From NCBI RefSeq assembly GCF_037042905.1, contig NC_087252.1, forward strand, positions 19,966,001-20,030,000: DNA of 64,000 nt, in the 5' to 3' direction. Source of the stretch: Lytechinus pictus. Taxonomy: Eukaryota. A program made the translations under genes and the position numbers. Shown one piece after another: positions 25,469-37,974 of the stretch (position 1 is its first letter; each line of letters begins with the position of its first letter). The notes under the pieces were generated by a model, which saw only the letters and a list, made by a program, of their open reading frames with translations, was not told where the DNA came from and searched no databases.

Positions 25469-26174
25469 TTAACCCTAAAAGGACTGGGCTATTTTAGACG
25501 TACCAAGGACTGGTCTTGGATGCTGTTCATGAGATCACACCAAAATTTGGTAAGCACATTCTTTAACACGTAAACTACAAGCCAGTATAAAATAGAACTA
25601 TTGAAATAATTATCTTTAATTATCAAATATAAAATATGTAAATTTATTCATGAAAAACATTATTTGCATATTCAACCCCCACTTTCACTTCAGATTTTCA
25701 TTTTGTTTTCAGATGTCATCTTTGAAATCTTATTTAAAGGTTTTCACACAAAAAAAATTGCGAAAGCAAAACTTTTACCTATGTGTTTCTTTGTTTTTCT
25801 TGTGTCATTCGTTGTTTTTTTCATCTTTTGGTTGTTTTTTTCATGGGACCATTTAACAACTAAATTAAATCAATTAATTGAGCAGGCCAATAAAAATGAA
25901 ATATAGTAACCATTCTAAGAATTTCATCTCCCATAGACGTATACAAAATATAAAAAATGAGTCATTTCAAAAATGAAATTGTCTCATAAAAAGTTATGTG
26001 GCATCGCAATGCTATACTCGTATGTTGCCCCATTTGGTCTCAGAAGTTGCACGAAACTTCAAAGAAAAAAGTCATAAAATAAGCTCTGGTGCTATCTTTC
26101 TGCATTTTGGAAATATTGCATGACACGTTAAGAGGGGGGAGGGGGATGTCTCCCCCCAGTCCTATTAGGGTTAA
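25469..26174. mobile_element. piggyBac-like MITE (older subfamily)
   Basis: TTAACCCTAAAAGGACTGGG...CCCAGTCCTATTAGGGTTAA. Confidence 0.78.
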
Positions 26175-26438
26175 TATCCCACTATTTTAGAGACAAGATT
26201 AATACACCAATGTATGTCTCAAGTGTTTTTCTTCATCTTCATTGTCTCAATCAACATTATCATTGTTATCATCATCATCATCATCATAATCATCACCATC
26301 ATCAACACCATCATCCTTTTGAAAATGAACTCCCTTTTAAGTGAACTACTGATCTCAATATTGCAAAAACACCCCTCCAGGTTAATCACATACATTGATC
26401 GATAGAATAAGAAAATGTAAACTGGAAGACAGTAGTAC

Positions 26439-26651
26439 CTTCAAAAAGCTGAAGGTAGTCAAATGAGCAAGTGCTGTGAAATTCCAGATCAAAACCATCA
26501 TCAAATGTGAGATAGAGAGAGCTATTTGTGTTTGCTGAGTTTCCCAAGGTCCATTCACACATGATGTTGTTTGAATAGTCAGCTATACCATACTGAGGAC
26601 TGAAGATATATCCTGATCCACCAGGTCCAACTGTGATCTGACCTCCACATA
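26439..26651 (-). CDS. Exon: CUB domain B first half (CGGQITVGPGGSGYIFSPQY...DYLQLFE)
   Basis: 213 nt, phase 1-1. Confidence 0.92.
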
Positions 26652-27234
26652 CTGTAACAGTAAAACACATACAAAAAATTACACCATTAATGCATAAATA
26701 CCGTTCAAAGGAAACCCAAAGGATGATTCGTACAGGCAGTTTGGCTTTATATACCAGATTTATTTGATTGTTATTCATTGAGCCCTACGCCCAAGACGAC
26801 TCATATTGGGGTCCATGAAAAATTTGCACGGTATCAAAATCGAGTTTTGTTTATCCGGTTAACTAATATTCATGATATACATGAGAGAAGGACTTTTCCA
26901 TAAATTCACTTCCTTATCATCTCCACAGTAAACTATGCAAGCACTAGTACATGTACGTCACTCAATTGATACAAAGATCTGCTATTATCAACTGACATTT
27001 TAAACAGGTTTTAATTTGTAAACATACATATGTAGAATTTAAGTTTAATAAGGTTCAGTACATCTATAGTAGTTAACGTGGTATAGAGTTATGCCTAGCA
27101 TTGAACTTTATGGAACATATCTTGGAAGAAATAAAGACTCAAAATAACTGGTCTAAAATTGGTTTCATGTGATATCAAGCAATCAATCAGTCAATCAGTC
27201 CAAAAATAAAAAGAGTTTTCTTAATCATCCTTAC

Positions 27235-27403
27235 CTGATGCATCATTTGAATCATAGCGAGCTTGGAACCCTCGACCTGCAATAGAACCATCAGTACTGA
27301 AGACCACTCTCATGGTATTTCCACTTGAAGAGATCATATCAGGAGTGTCTGAACCACATAGGGTATTCAGCAATGGAGAATTATCAGCTAAACCATTGTA
27401 TAC
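27235..27403 (-). CDS. Exon: CUB domain A second half (VYNGLADNSPLLNTLCG...FQARY)
   Basis: 169 nt, phase 0-1; tttcttacag/gtaagg. Confidence 0.92.
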
Positions 27404-28100
27404 CTGTAAGAAAGGAACAAACCACATAGGGTATTCAGTAATGGAGAGTTATCAGCTAAACCATTGTATACCTGTAAGAAAGGAACAAACCACATAGGGT
27501 ATTCAGAAATGGACAGTTATCAGCTAAACCATTGTATACCTGTAAGAAAGGAACAAACCACATAGGGTATTCAGAAATGGACAGTTATCAGCTAAACCAT
27601 TGTATACCTGTAAGAAAGGAACAAACCACATAGGGTATTCAGTAATGGACAGTTATCCGCTAAACCATTGTATACCTGTAAGAAAGGAACAAACCACATA
27701 GGGTATTCAGTAATGGACAGTTATCAGCTAAACCATTGTATACCTGTAAGAAAGAAACAAACCACATAGGGTATTCAGAAATGGACAGTTATCAGCTAAA
27801 CCATTGTATACCTGTAAGAAAGGAACAAACCACATAGGGTATTCAGTAATGGACAGTTATCAGCTAAACCATTGTATACCTGTAAGAAAGGAACAAACCA
27901 CATAGGGTATTCAGTAATGGAGAGTTATCCGCTAAACCATTGTAATGTATACCTGTAAGAAAGGAACAAACCATATAGGATATACAGCATTAGAGAGTTA
28001 TAATTTAAACCATTGTATACCTCTAAGAAAGGAACAAACAACACAGGGGATTTAGCATTGAATAGCTATCGGCGAAACCACTGTACACATGTATGAAAGT
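27352..28100. repeat. 68-bp minisatellite, about 11 units, spanning a 3' splice site
   Basis: Unit aaccacatagggtattcagtaatggacagttatcagctaaaccattgtatacctgtaagaaaggaaca at 27352, 27420, 27488 and onward; the last two units are degenerate. Confidence 0.95.
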
Positions 28101-28372
28101 AACAATGATATACGATAGCAATAAACATGGTTTATTACAAATGATGAAATAATAAATGCACTAGCATGAACATAAAAGTTGTCACCAATATAATTATAAA
28201 GCTCTTTTAATTAATCCATGCATTCAGAATGAGTCAATTTTTCATCCAGTCCCATCCAAATTTCCAACAATATTGTGTATCATTCAAGTATAAAAGTAAA
28301 TCTTTTACTTTACCAATCTTTATTTATCTTAAATCGAATGCAACAACTAATAACAATTGAATGTAAACCTAC

Positions 28373-28554
28373 CTTAACTGAGTCATAGGTACAGCCTGTA
28401 GCATCTTCAATATCAAAGTCATCAAAGTAAAGATTAATAAGATGACCAGTTTGAACAGTAATACGCCACTCACAAATCCTGGAGTGTGTGTATTCATTAG
28501 GATAGCTAGGTGATGAGAAAGACCCTGTAGCTGATACCAAGTCTCCTCCACATT
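28373..28554 (-). CDS. Exon: CUB domain A first half (CGGDLVSATGSFSSPSYPNEYTHSRICEWRI...)
   Basis: 182 nt, phase 1-0; canonical CUB motifs. Confidence 0.93.
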
Positions 28555-29409
28555 CTGAATAAAAAAAATATCAAAATCAAATAACAATACGACCAATTCT
28601 GTTTATTTTAACTATAGTTTGAATAATCGACCAAGTGGAAGCAATATTTGAGATCAAGGGTTTGTTGCGGAGAGGGTTGAAATCACATCTACCTCTAAAA
28701 ATCATATGCAACTTGATTTACAACCAATCAGAAGTCTACATTTCCCATTTTTCTTTCTTTTCAGAATTGTCTTAATATGCTAAACTATTTGTAAGAAATT
28801 TAAGAACATATAAAGCATGCATTGTTTATGTCTCCTAATTCAAACTTTGCTTAAATGAAACAAATATCTCACAAAGCATTTTAGTTGGCATATTTGCCTA
28901 TAAGCTATCTGAAGACAAAGAAAGTTCCACCTGAAATATACTTTAATCCCAATCATATGAAAGAGCTTAATATGCTCTTTCATTTGATACCAAATTCGTC
29001 ATGGTAGTATTTATATTTCTGAAGATATAGTAAATTTTTACGATGTTTGGCAAGCAAACAAATTTCACTGAATTCCATGGGTGTATGTAAACTTTCGGCC
29101 TAAACTGTATATTCATGTGCTCATTTTACATGTATTAATGTGATTTTGTTATCAGTATGGGGTTAATTATACAAGCAGTTGTGCTTCCTTTGACCCTTCC
29201 ACATGTGAAATATATTTTAATGTTAATAATTTGTATATATAATTTTAATTGTGGAAATAAAGGTGAATTTAGATTTGAATTTTCATTCAATAGCAAGGTC
29301 ATAATACATAATCATACATGTACAACTACATATTTATATTATACTTAATGATCTAGGCCAGTATGACTTTACATGTAAAATTATAAAATGTTGGAGGTAA
29401 CAAAATGAC

Positions 29410-30361
29410 AACAAGTGGAATGCCTCTGGCCGTCTCACCTGCATCACGCGATTCAATATAGCAGCAGTGCTGATTTTGAAAACTACTATAACTCGCACAA
29501 GATGTTCAGTGATACTTGGTTACTCTTATTTCCACGTTTTATGAACTAGACCAATACACTTATAGAGATATGATGGCAATTCAACAAATACCCCCAACGT
29601 GGCCAAAGTTCTTTGACCTTACATGACCTTTGACCTTGATCATGTGACCTGAAACTCGCACAGGATGTTCAGTGATACTTGATTACTATTATGTCCAAGT
29701 TTTATGAACTAGACCAACACACTTTCAAATTTATGGCTGTAATTCAACAAATACCCCAATTTGGCCAAAGTTCATTGACCCTAAATGACCTTTGACCTTG
29801 ATCATGTGACCTGAAACTTGCACAGGATGTTCAGTAATACTTGATTACTATTATGTCCAAGTTTCATGAATCAGATCCATAAACTTTCAAAGTTATGATG
29901 GTAATTCAACAGATACCCCCAATTCGGCCAAAGTTCATTGACCCTAAATGACCTTTGACCTTGGTCATGTGACGTGAAACTCATGCAGGATGTTCAGTGA
30001 TACTTGATTAACCTTATGTATAAGTTTCATGAACTAGGTCCATATATTTTCTAAGTTATGATGACATTTCAAAAACTTAACCTTAGGTTAAGATTTTGAT
30101 GTTGATTCCCCCAACATGGTCTAAGTTCATTGACCCTAAATGACCTTTGACCTTGGTCATGTGACATGAAACTCAGGCAGGATGTTCAGTAATACTTGAT
30201 TAACCTTATGGCCAAGTTTCATGAACTAGGTCCATATACTTTCTAAGTTATGCTGTCATTTCAAAAACTTAACCTCAGGTTAAGATTTGGTGTTGACGCC
30301 GCCGCCGCCGTCGGAAAAGCGGCGCCTATAGTCTCACTCTGCTATGCAGGTGAGACAAAAA
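29410..30361 (-). mobile_element. Helentron/DINE-1-like element
   Basis: Near-identical to 57400..58357. Confidence 0.75.
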
Positions 30362-30882
30362 CCATTTAACCCTAAAAAGATTAGGCTATTTGAGATAAAT
30401 TGAGGACAGGGAGGGGGGAGGGCTGCCAATCGTGCAATTGCACCAAAATGTGGCATGCACATTCTTTACCACATACTACAAGCCAGTTTGAAATTTAAAA
30501 ATCTGAAAATAATTATTTTTCATTTATTATGAAATATGCAAATTTATTTGTGAAAGACATTATTAGTATATTTAACACTCAAATTCACTTCAAATTTTCT
30601 TTTTTTTTTCCGGATGTCATGAATACAATCTGGAAACAAACTCTTCTTCTTCTCCTTCTTTCAGACTAAGTGCTGCTTCAAGGTAAGGAAGATAAATGCA
30701 CTGGTTGTGTGTGTATGTGTGGAACTTTTCACATACTGTTACTGGGAACCGGTGTGTTGGCTCAGTTGGTAAAGCGTCCGTCTCACAACTGGTAGGTCAG
30801 GGTTCAAACCCGACTGCGTCAGACCAAAAGATGTTAAAAGATGGGAGTTGCTGCTACTCTGTTTGGCGTTCAACAACTAAAG

Positions 30883-32656
30883 CAGGGCGCGACAAACCCG
30901 CTTGCCCAGGGCAAGTGAAAATGACGTGCGGGCAAGCACTTCTCAAAGTCAATTGCCCCATCGGGCAAATGGTTGTTGCCTCTTTTTTCTGTACCGTACC
31001 ACGTTTTCCATAAATAATCCAAAATCCACACTCAAAATCATGAATAAGCCTTAAAAAATAGCGAGTAGCGCAGTTTCGAATTCCGAAGTTCCGTTATTTT
31101 TTCTGTACCACGTATTTCCATACACATGGTACCAGGTATGAAAAAAAATCAACGCAACGGCCGGGACACAGTTGCATGTAGTATAGGGGTCCATTATGAC
31201 TACAAACATGTGCAATTTCTAATGCACATTTTCCCCCATCCGATATCACAATTCTGTGATAAAATAATTCAAATTACACAGGAAATAAATCACAGAGTCT
31301 AGTAACCTCGCATTGGTGAGTTGTCATTCGGCTTTGCTTTTCAAAACGGCCTACATGTATTAACATCCAAAATAACTTGCCGTATTTGTTAATTATAACT
31401 TAGAATTCATTTGTTTCCCTTTTTGAGGGGATGAGGTAAATATCAGACAATAAATCATCAAACAAAGCTCCATCTATTTTACAAGGCCAGCGGGAGGCTC
31501 ACACACGTACGCATACTAGCTAGCCAGTCTGAGCTCTGTCTCTCTGCCAGAGCTCTGGAGGACAATTCGCTCAGTAAAGGCCTCAATGATGGTGATTTTC
31601 TGTTTCAGACAGAGTTTATATTTTGGGTATATCATTCAAAACTGCCAATAGAGTTTGATGATTTCTTCATTGTCATGTATATTTAAGTTATTAATGAATA
31701 CATTCTCACCGAATTTAGACTCCCCCATAGAGAAATGCAATTTTCGTAGAAGTCTGCGTTTTCAAAGAACTTCAGAAAAAGTTAGGGTATGTGGGCCTTT
31801 ATTACATGGCCGAGTACAGGTTATTGTACTGGAATAGGCAAAGTAGAAATTAGATATTGAATTCATTTATATCCAAGTTCAACTCACAGTCACACCCACA
31901 CAAACACACACACACCCAAGATTCTAAGCATGAAAAAAATAACTTAAAAATCAAACAATATTATCATTAAACAATGTTAGTAATAATTCATTAGTAATTT
32001 AACAGGTATTCCTCAAAATACAAAAAAGTAGCATGTGAAAACATGTAGATAAAAATTATTGACCAAGTGCAACATCATAAAATGATGAAGAAAAGACTTG
32101 ATGGTTTCCAACTAATTTCTTTTTTAAAATCAAGGAAATATGGAAAATAAATTACCATTTCATGGATTTCAAGATGCAAAATGTGAAATTTTAGCCACTC
32201 CACTTTTGATGATAAAACCTTTTTCCGAGTCAATAAAGAGCTGAACATTTTTCACTGGCTTTCTTTATAGTTTCCAACTCCATGTAAATGAAAGCAATTC
32301 TAAGGAAATATGGTAAGCAGGTAACCATTTCGTGGATTTAAAGATGCAAAATATGAAATTTTAGGAACTTTTGGTTAAGGTTTTTTTTTTTAACCTCAAA
32401 TGCCCATAAAATAGCGTTTTTTTTTTCTCCAAAATAAACGTAAAGACTCAGGCCTACGTTGCTAAAAATATCCTTTTCAATGCGTGTTCTTTTATACTGT
32501 ACATGATTCTCAATTGCTGTTATTTTGTAGGACCTTAACAAAAATAAGAGTAGTGCCGTCATAATGAAAAAATTCAAAAAAAAATTGGGCAAGCAGTTTT
32601 TTATATTGGGCAAGCAAATTTTTTCATGTGACGAAAATTTTGTTTGTAGAGGCCTG
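30883..32656. mobile_element. hAT-like non-autonomous element inserted into a SINE
   Basis: Same ends as 20662..21783; flanked by duplicated ACTAAAG; no transposase ORF. Confidence 0.75.
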
Positions 32657-33018
32657 ACTAAAGGGATAGAGCCTCGTCGATCTAGCGCTGCACAGCGGCT
32701 GTCGGGCCCACGCTCAATTGGGCAAAACAAATTTTCGGAGTATTTCATTTCTGATGTCTATTTTCGAACAATAAAATATGGATTTTTTTTCTTCTCTTTT
32801 CTACATAATAAATCAAGCTCTTGTTCTTGTGGTGCACATGTGTATTAAAGAAAAGCATTCTTATTTCTGGTGTTTACATGTACTTCTAAATCCCATTTAA
32901 AATGGCCTTGAAGGCATCAACAGAGGGGTAATGGGCTGGATCCTGTCGGAGGTTCTTGGGAAGAAGGAAGAAACATAGGCCTGACTGCTGTAATGGGGTA
33001 TCCTCAATCGAGACAACA

Positions 33019-33272
33019 GGTCGTGTGGTCCAGTGGTTAGAGCATTGGACTCATAATCGCAAGACTGTGAGTTCGAATCCCTACTCTGCCATTGCCTCCA
33101 CTTTGATAAAAAGGCCCGAGAGTGATATCTGTCGTCTATAAGGTCAGCCAACATGGCTGATGAACCTTGACGTAAAATGTTTCCTTGATAATTGGTTATA
33201 CACCAGCATGGAATTTACCAGCAAAACGCTGTCCTGCCATGTTCCTACGAGAGTTACCATAAACAGAAACAG
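33019..33272 (+). mobile_element. tRNA-derived SINE
   Basis: A box TGGTCCAGTGG, B box GTTCGAATCC; stems are imperfect, so not a functional tRNA. Confidence 0.6.
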
Positions 33273-33569
33273 AGATCTCTGGGCCTGTATTCTGAAGTCC
33301 TTCATAACTTAAACCATGGTCTATAGTTCAGATCTAACTATGGGGAGCCAAATGTGACACAGATCTCCATAAATAAATATCAATTTATCATATTTGGCAC
33401 TCAAATCATACATATAATCTTCAATGATACTAGTACAGGTCACAGTAAACTCAAATGCAGCATAAAGTGCAAAAAAATGTTTGATGTTTATAGCTTCCCT
33501 TAATTTTTGCCCAGACGAGACCATAGGCTGAGTTAAACCGGAGTTAAAAACTTGCCTTGATATTCTTAT

Positions 33570-33686
33570 TGCATCCTTGTTCATCCTCTCCACTGAGTTC
33601 ACACTTCACTGTCCCATCACAAATCTCATCCTCCAGATAACAATGGTTAGAGTGTGAACATGGGATTGTATCGTTACTTGTACACA
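33570..33686 (-). pseudogene. Tandem twin LDLa exon with mutated donor (pseudo-exon or alternative exon)
   Basis: Open 117-nt copy (CTSNDTIPCSHSNHCYLEDEICDGTVKCELSGEDEQGC). Acceptor tttccag is intact, but the donor reads ATAAGA instead of GTAAG. Only 36 nt from its twin. Confidence 0.75.
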
Positions 33687-33722
33687 CTGGAAATAAAGTC
33701 TAGATGTCAAATACTAACTTAC

Positions 33723-33839
33723 CGCATCCCTGTTCATCCTCTCCACTGCGTTCACACTGCACTGTCCCATCACAAATCTCATCCTCTAGATAACAATGGT
33801 TAGACCTGGAGCATGGGGTTGCATTATAACTTTCACACT
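33723..33839 (-). CDS. Exon: LDLa (CESYNATPCSRSNHCYLEDEICDGTVQCERSGEDEQGC)
   Basis: 117 nt, phase 1-1, cag/gtaagt. Confidence 0.88.
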
Positions 33840-33973
33840 CTGGTAAAAAAACAGGATGAAATATAAAATTGAATACGATTTATATTGCATGTGCATAATT
33901 ATGATTTTTCTAAAGTAAGAATGGCTTCTTTAATGTCAACTTCATGAAAGAAGCCAAGAAGTTTAAAGAAAAC

Positions 33974-34757
33974 TTAACCCTAACTAGGCCGGGCTTTTTT
34001 GGCTGTTCTGTGGCCGGGGGGGGGGGGGGGGGGGGTTGATTCAACCCCCCCTGAGATCTCTGCCGCCGATCACACGAGCGCTGCAAAAATTTGCATGCTG
34101 GTAGTGTGCGATGTAATCTACAAGGCTGTATGGTAAAATTTTCCAAAATAATGAGATTTTATTTTATATGAATTAATTATGCTAATTTATGCATAAATCA
34201 TACTTTTTGCTCTAATTCACTAAATAAAGCTCCTGGAATGCTAATTTTTGGTAAGAATATTCTTTGTAGCATTCTTAACAATGGCAATTTAAAAAAACTT
34301 TGGTTTGGAAATCAATTTCTTATGTATTTTATTGTTTTATGAATTTCCTATGTATTTCTTTGTTTTTCAACCTTTTGTTTTTCTTTGTTTTTTTCACCAG
34401 ATTTATTGCACAACCTTTTTGAAGCATAATTATGCTAAAATCAATTGCTTTCAGCTGTTTAAAGTAAAAATAATCATATCTTTATGAATAAGACGAGAAA
34501 ACTCAATTTGCATTGACTTTGTACACAAAATCACGTTTTGGAACAATTTTTGGTCTGACATGCACTTACAAAATGTTGCGTAATTTCAAAACCGCGTACC
34601 CGGGCGTCGTAAATTTGGTCTCAAAAGATGCGCGAGACTTAAAAGTATAAACTCTGCGAGTGGCGCGGTCAAAAAATTTCGCGCGGCGGAATGATCTCAG
34701 AAAATGTTGAGGGGAGGGGGGTTGATTCAACCCCCCCCCTGGCCATTTTAGGGTTAA
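33974..34757. mobile_element. piggyBac-like MITE
   Basis: TTAACCCTAA...TTAGGGTTAA; near-identical to 4851..5638. Confidence 0.87.
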
Positions 34758-35551
34758 GGGGGTAATCAATCTGAGAAGAATAAAATGAGAGGATCAATAT
34801 AAAAGAAGCTGTATCAATTTCCTTTACAATCTAAAAGATTTATGAAAGTTTGAAAAGTCTTGATGTACTTATGTTTGAGATCCTCAAAGTGGCAAACACT
34901 TTATACTTTTCACAATCTTGTGAAAAAGAATAGGAGAAACAAAGTGGAAAATCCTTAATTTGAAATTCATTTTCAAATGTACGTAACTACACTAGCACTT
35001 GTCCTAACTTTTGGTTTCAGCCCTTTAACAACATTCTTTTGCTTTTTGTCCTTCAGAACCTTGACCATACATATCCACATGCATACTAGGTTTTTTTTTA
35101 TCTAAATGACCACATTCATGTGCAAACATTAGAATTTCAAAGGTAAAAGAAAGTAGTTTAGCAACCAATTATTTCATGAGAAAGCCTGAAAAATCAAAGT
35201 CAATTACCACCATATTATCACAGATCTACATGTAGATCTGGTACATTGATATCAATTCAGATCAGGAAATCTTAACTGAAAATCGATAATTCAGATGATC
35301 TCCAACACAAAGAGGCATATGTGGGAAAGTGTATTAATATTGTTTGGAAAAATACAAAACATTTTTTAATTCCATGCTTATTTTTCTCAATTCTCAGCAA
35401 TTACACAATTCTTTTCCACATTCATATAGCACTATTTTTTTTATTTATACATACATGTACAGACATTTGGGTGGTGATTTTATTGGATTCTGTTCAATCT
35501 CGTCTTGAGATTGTTACCAGAACTGGTATTCATCTTCAAATGCTGACTTAC

Positions 35552-35714
35552 CGAATGCACTGACTCGGACCAACATTTCAATCCCTTCTTCTGGAGCCTT
35601 TTCAAGCAAGATGTAAGCCTCGTTCCCAGGTGATGTTTGATACACTGGATTTGGATTCGCTACGTATCCTGATCCATTGGTGTAAGCCAATACAATGCCG
35701 TTGTCGTAGAAAGC
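35552..35714 (-). CDS. Exon: divergent CUB-like domain 2, second half
   Basis: 163 nt, phase 0-1; AFYDNGIVLAY...NEAYILLEKAPEEGIEMLVRVSAF; tag/gtaagt; absent from the ORF track. Confidence 0.82.
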
Positions 35715-36369
35715 CTAAGAAATCGATGTGAATTTGATCACAGAAGAAAAGTATTGATATATAAAATGTTTCGATGGAGATATATTACCTACCCAAATTG
35801 AACACTACAGCTTACGTATGAGCAAGAGCAGGAAAATCAAATCTACATTAGTTCTTGACTTCTTTATTAGCCATTCACTATAAGAAGTCTCAACTATTTG
35901 TGAAAAGATTTGAACATATTGATGTTCTATCAAGCAGACATTTTCACGGTAACATCAACAATTGTGAAAAGATGAAAAATCTCTCCTTCTTAGTCTAAAC
36001 TGTTGATTGTAGATGTCTCTGAAAAAATGTAAGTGATTCAATATACCTTGGCCATCATCAGGTTAGAACTAGAAATGCCACTGAAGGTTCTAAATATCAC
36101 CCACTCAATGGGCCTTCTGTAGGTATATATACAGAATGAAAATAGCCGTTTTGCTCGTTTGCGACAGTGTTCCTAACAAAAGAAAGGGATTGGAACTTTG
36201 CTATTCCCCGCTCTAAGACCAATGTGTGTACCAAGTCTCATGACCATTGGGGAAAAAAAATGAGAAAGAAGATCAACAGTGCTGGTAAATATTCATCAAT
36301 AATAATAATAGGTGGATTTATAAAGCGCTTTTTGCCTGAGGATACAAAGCGCTGCTATTATCACCCCAA

Positions 36370-36642
36370 GGCCCCATCTTACAAAGAGTTACGATTGATC
36401 CAATCAATTGTAACTCTAAGGAAATCCATCAGTGTCATAATTATTTTTCTACAGGAAATGTGCTAAAAGTCCTTTGTAAACAAATGAGAACACATCGAAC
36501 TGTCAAGAAATAAATGAATTTATGGATGTACATTCATATCTAGGAAAAATTTTGAGCAAACATGCATTGTATATGTTGACTTTGCTGGCTTTCCATAGTT
36601 GCGATTGATCGGATCAATCGCAACTCTTTGTAAGACGGGACC
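36370..36642. mobile_element. Palindromic MITE inserted in a SINE tail
   Basis: TIR tcttacaaagagtt(a/g)cgattgatcc. Confidence 0.68.
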
Positions 36643-36967
36643 CTGATTTAGCTTTGCTGCCATATAGGCGATGAAGCATTCAAGAAATTTCTTCCTACCG
36701 GGTACCACCTCACCAACGTGGATGAATTTCTTGCTGAAGGAAGACACGCCACGGCTGGGAATCGAACCCACATCCCTCAGATTGAAAGACGAGAGTCATA
36801 ACCACTACACCACCCCCCCCCCTCACAAATTGATGTCATTGCAATATTTGATATTTGATTTTAGTACTTGTCGATTATTGCCAGCAAAATACAGAGCTGC
36901 CAAGTTGTATTTTGCATTTCCAGTATTCTTATCCCCCAAAATCAGTATTTTGACCAAAAAAAATATG

Positions 36968-37411
36968 CAGACCTGCCAACCTCTGGGAATGAAAAACTGT
37001 ATTCTGTGATAAAAAAATGTATTTTTCCCCAAAAAAGTGTATTTCATAATAAAATGCTTGGCGCACTCGCTCATCCCGGCGCTCAAGCTGCATGCAAGCT
37101 AAAATGCGCACTGCTCTTGCAGATGAAAAAAAAAACATTAAAACATTTGTATATCTTCACCCTGGTTTTAACAAAATGATTGAAAAAAAAACAAGTTACC
37201 TGAAATTACATTGATCTAATAACCACATTTGTGTACGTTTTACGAAATAGAGACATATAGAGATTATTTTTCTCAATAAATTAAGATAAATTAAATAAAA
37301 AAATAATTTTTTTTTACAAAATAACATATTTTTCAAAGAAAAAACGTACTGCCGTATTTCGGTTGCAAAAACGTACTAAATACGGCTAGAACATACTGGT
37401 TGGCAGGTCTG
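36968..37411. mobile_element. hAT-like MITE
   Basis: TIR CAGACCTGCCAACC; 8-bp TSD aaaatatg/aaaatatt. Confidence 0.78.
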
Positions 37412-37627
37412 AAAATATTGCCAATAAGAGGATATATCACCAAGTCTGAAATTCAATTCATTTGATATGTTCATCATGAACTGCAAGTCCTTGAAAGCAG
37501 GGGAGGGGGGAAACAGCATTTTGGTTTACTCAATCAACAATATTTGGTCATCTTGTGTAACCATTATCAAATACACACTATTCTTTAATTATTTTCAATA
37601 TTGCAATATTCAATATTCTATATTTAC

Positions 37628-37833
37628 CTCAATGGGGTCTAGTCCACTACCAACAGATACAGTAGATTGAGTCCCATCGAATACAACTCTAATGACTTCA
37701 ATCAGTAGATGTGAGTCTGGTGGGCTTGATATCTTGTATAATTGATAGTCACTGGACGTATTGACATCCCTTGTAGGATAAGAATCGGGGTTTCTCAATA
37801 TCTTATACTCATTAAATGGAACCATTATTTCAT
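37628..37833 (-). CDS. Exon: divergent Cys-free CUB-like domain 2, first half
   Basis: 206 nt, phase 1-0; EIMVPFNEYKILRNPDSYP...VGSGLDPIE. Confidence 0.85.
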
Positions 37834-37974
37834 CTGCAAAAAGAAAGTAACAAGATGTAAGAAATCAGACCCAAATCTAGCAAGGTATTTTGAATCAGGG
37901 ATTTAAAACCAGGCATTATGCGGATCTCATGGTCAGATTATGACTACCCATGAGGGAAATACAAAATAAATTTC

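Noticed and set aside
27352..28100. CRISPR-like array
   Set aside because: Head-to-tail repeats with no unique spacers and no cas genes; the unit derives from an intron-exon junction.
23952..28554. Calling the gene cubilin (CUBN)
   Set aside because: Only three cubilin-like CUBs, embedded among LDLa and SEA modules that cubilin lacks.
32897..33015. Possible LINE 3' remnant (SSFFPRT)
   Set aside because: Only a short motif; not enough support for a feature.
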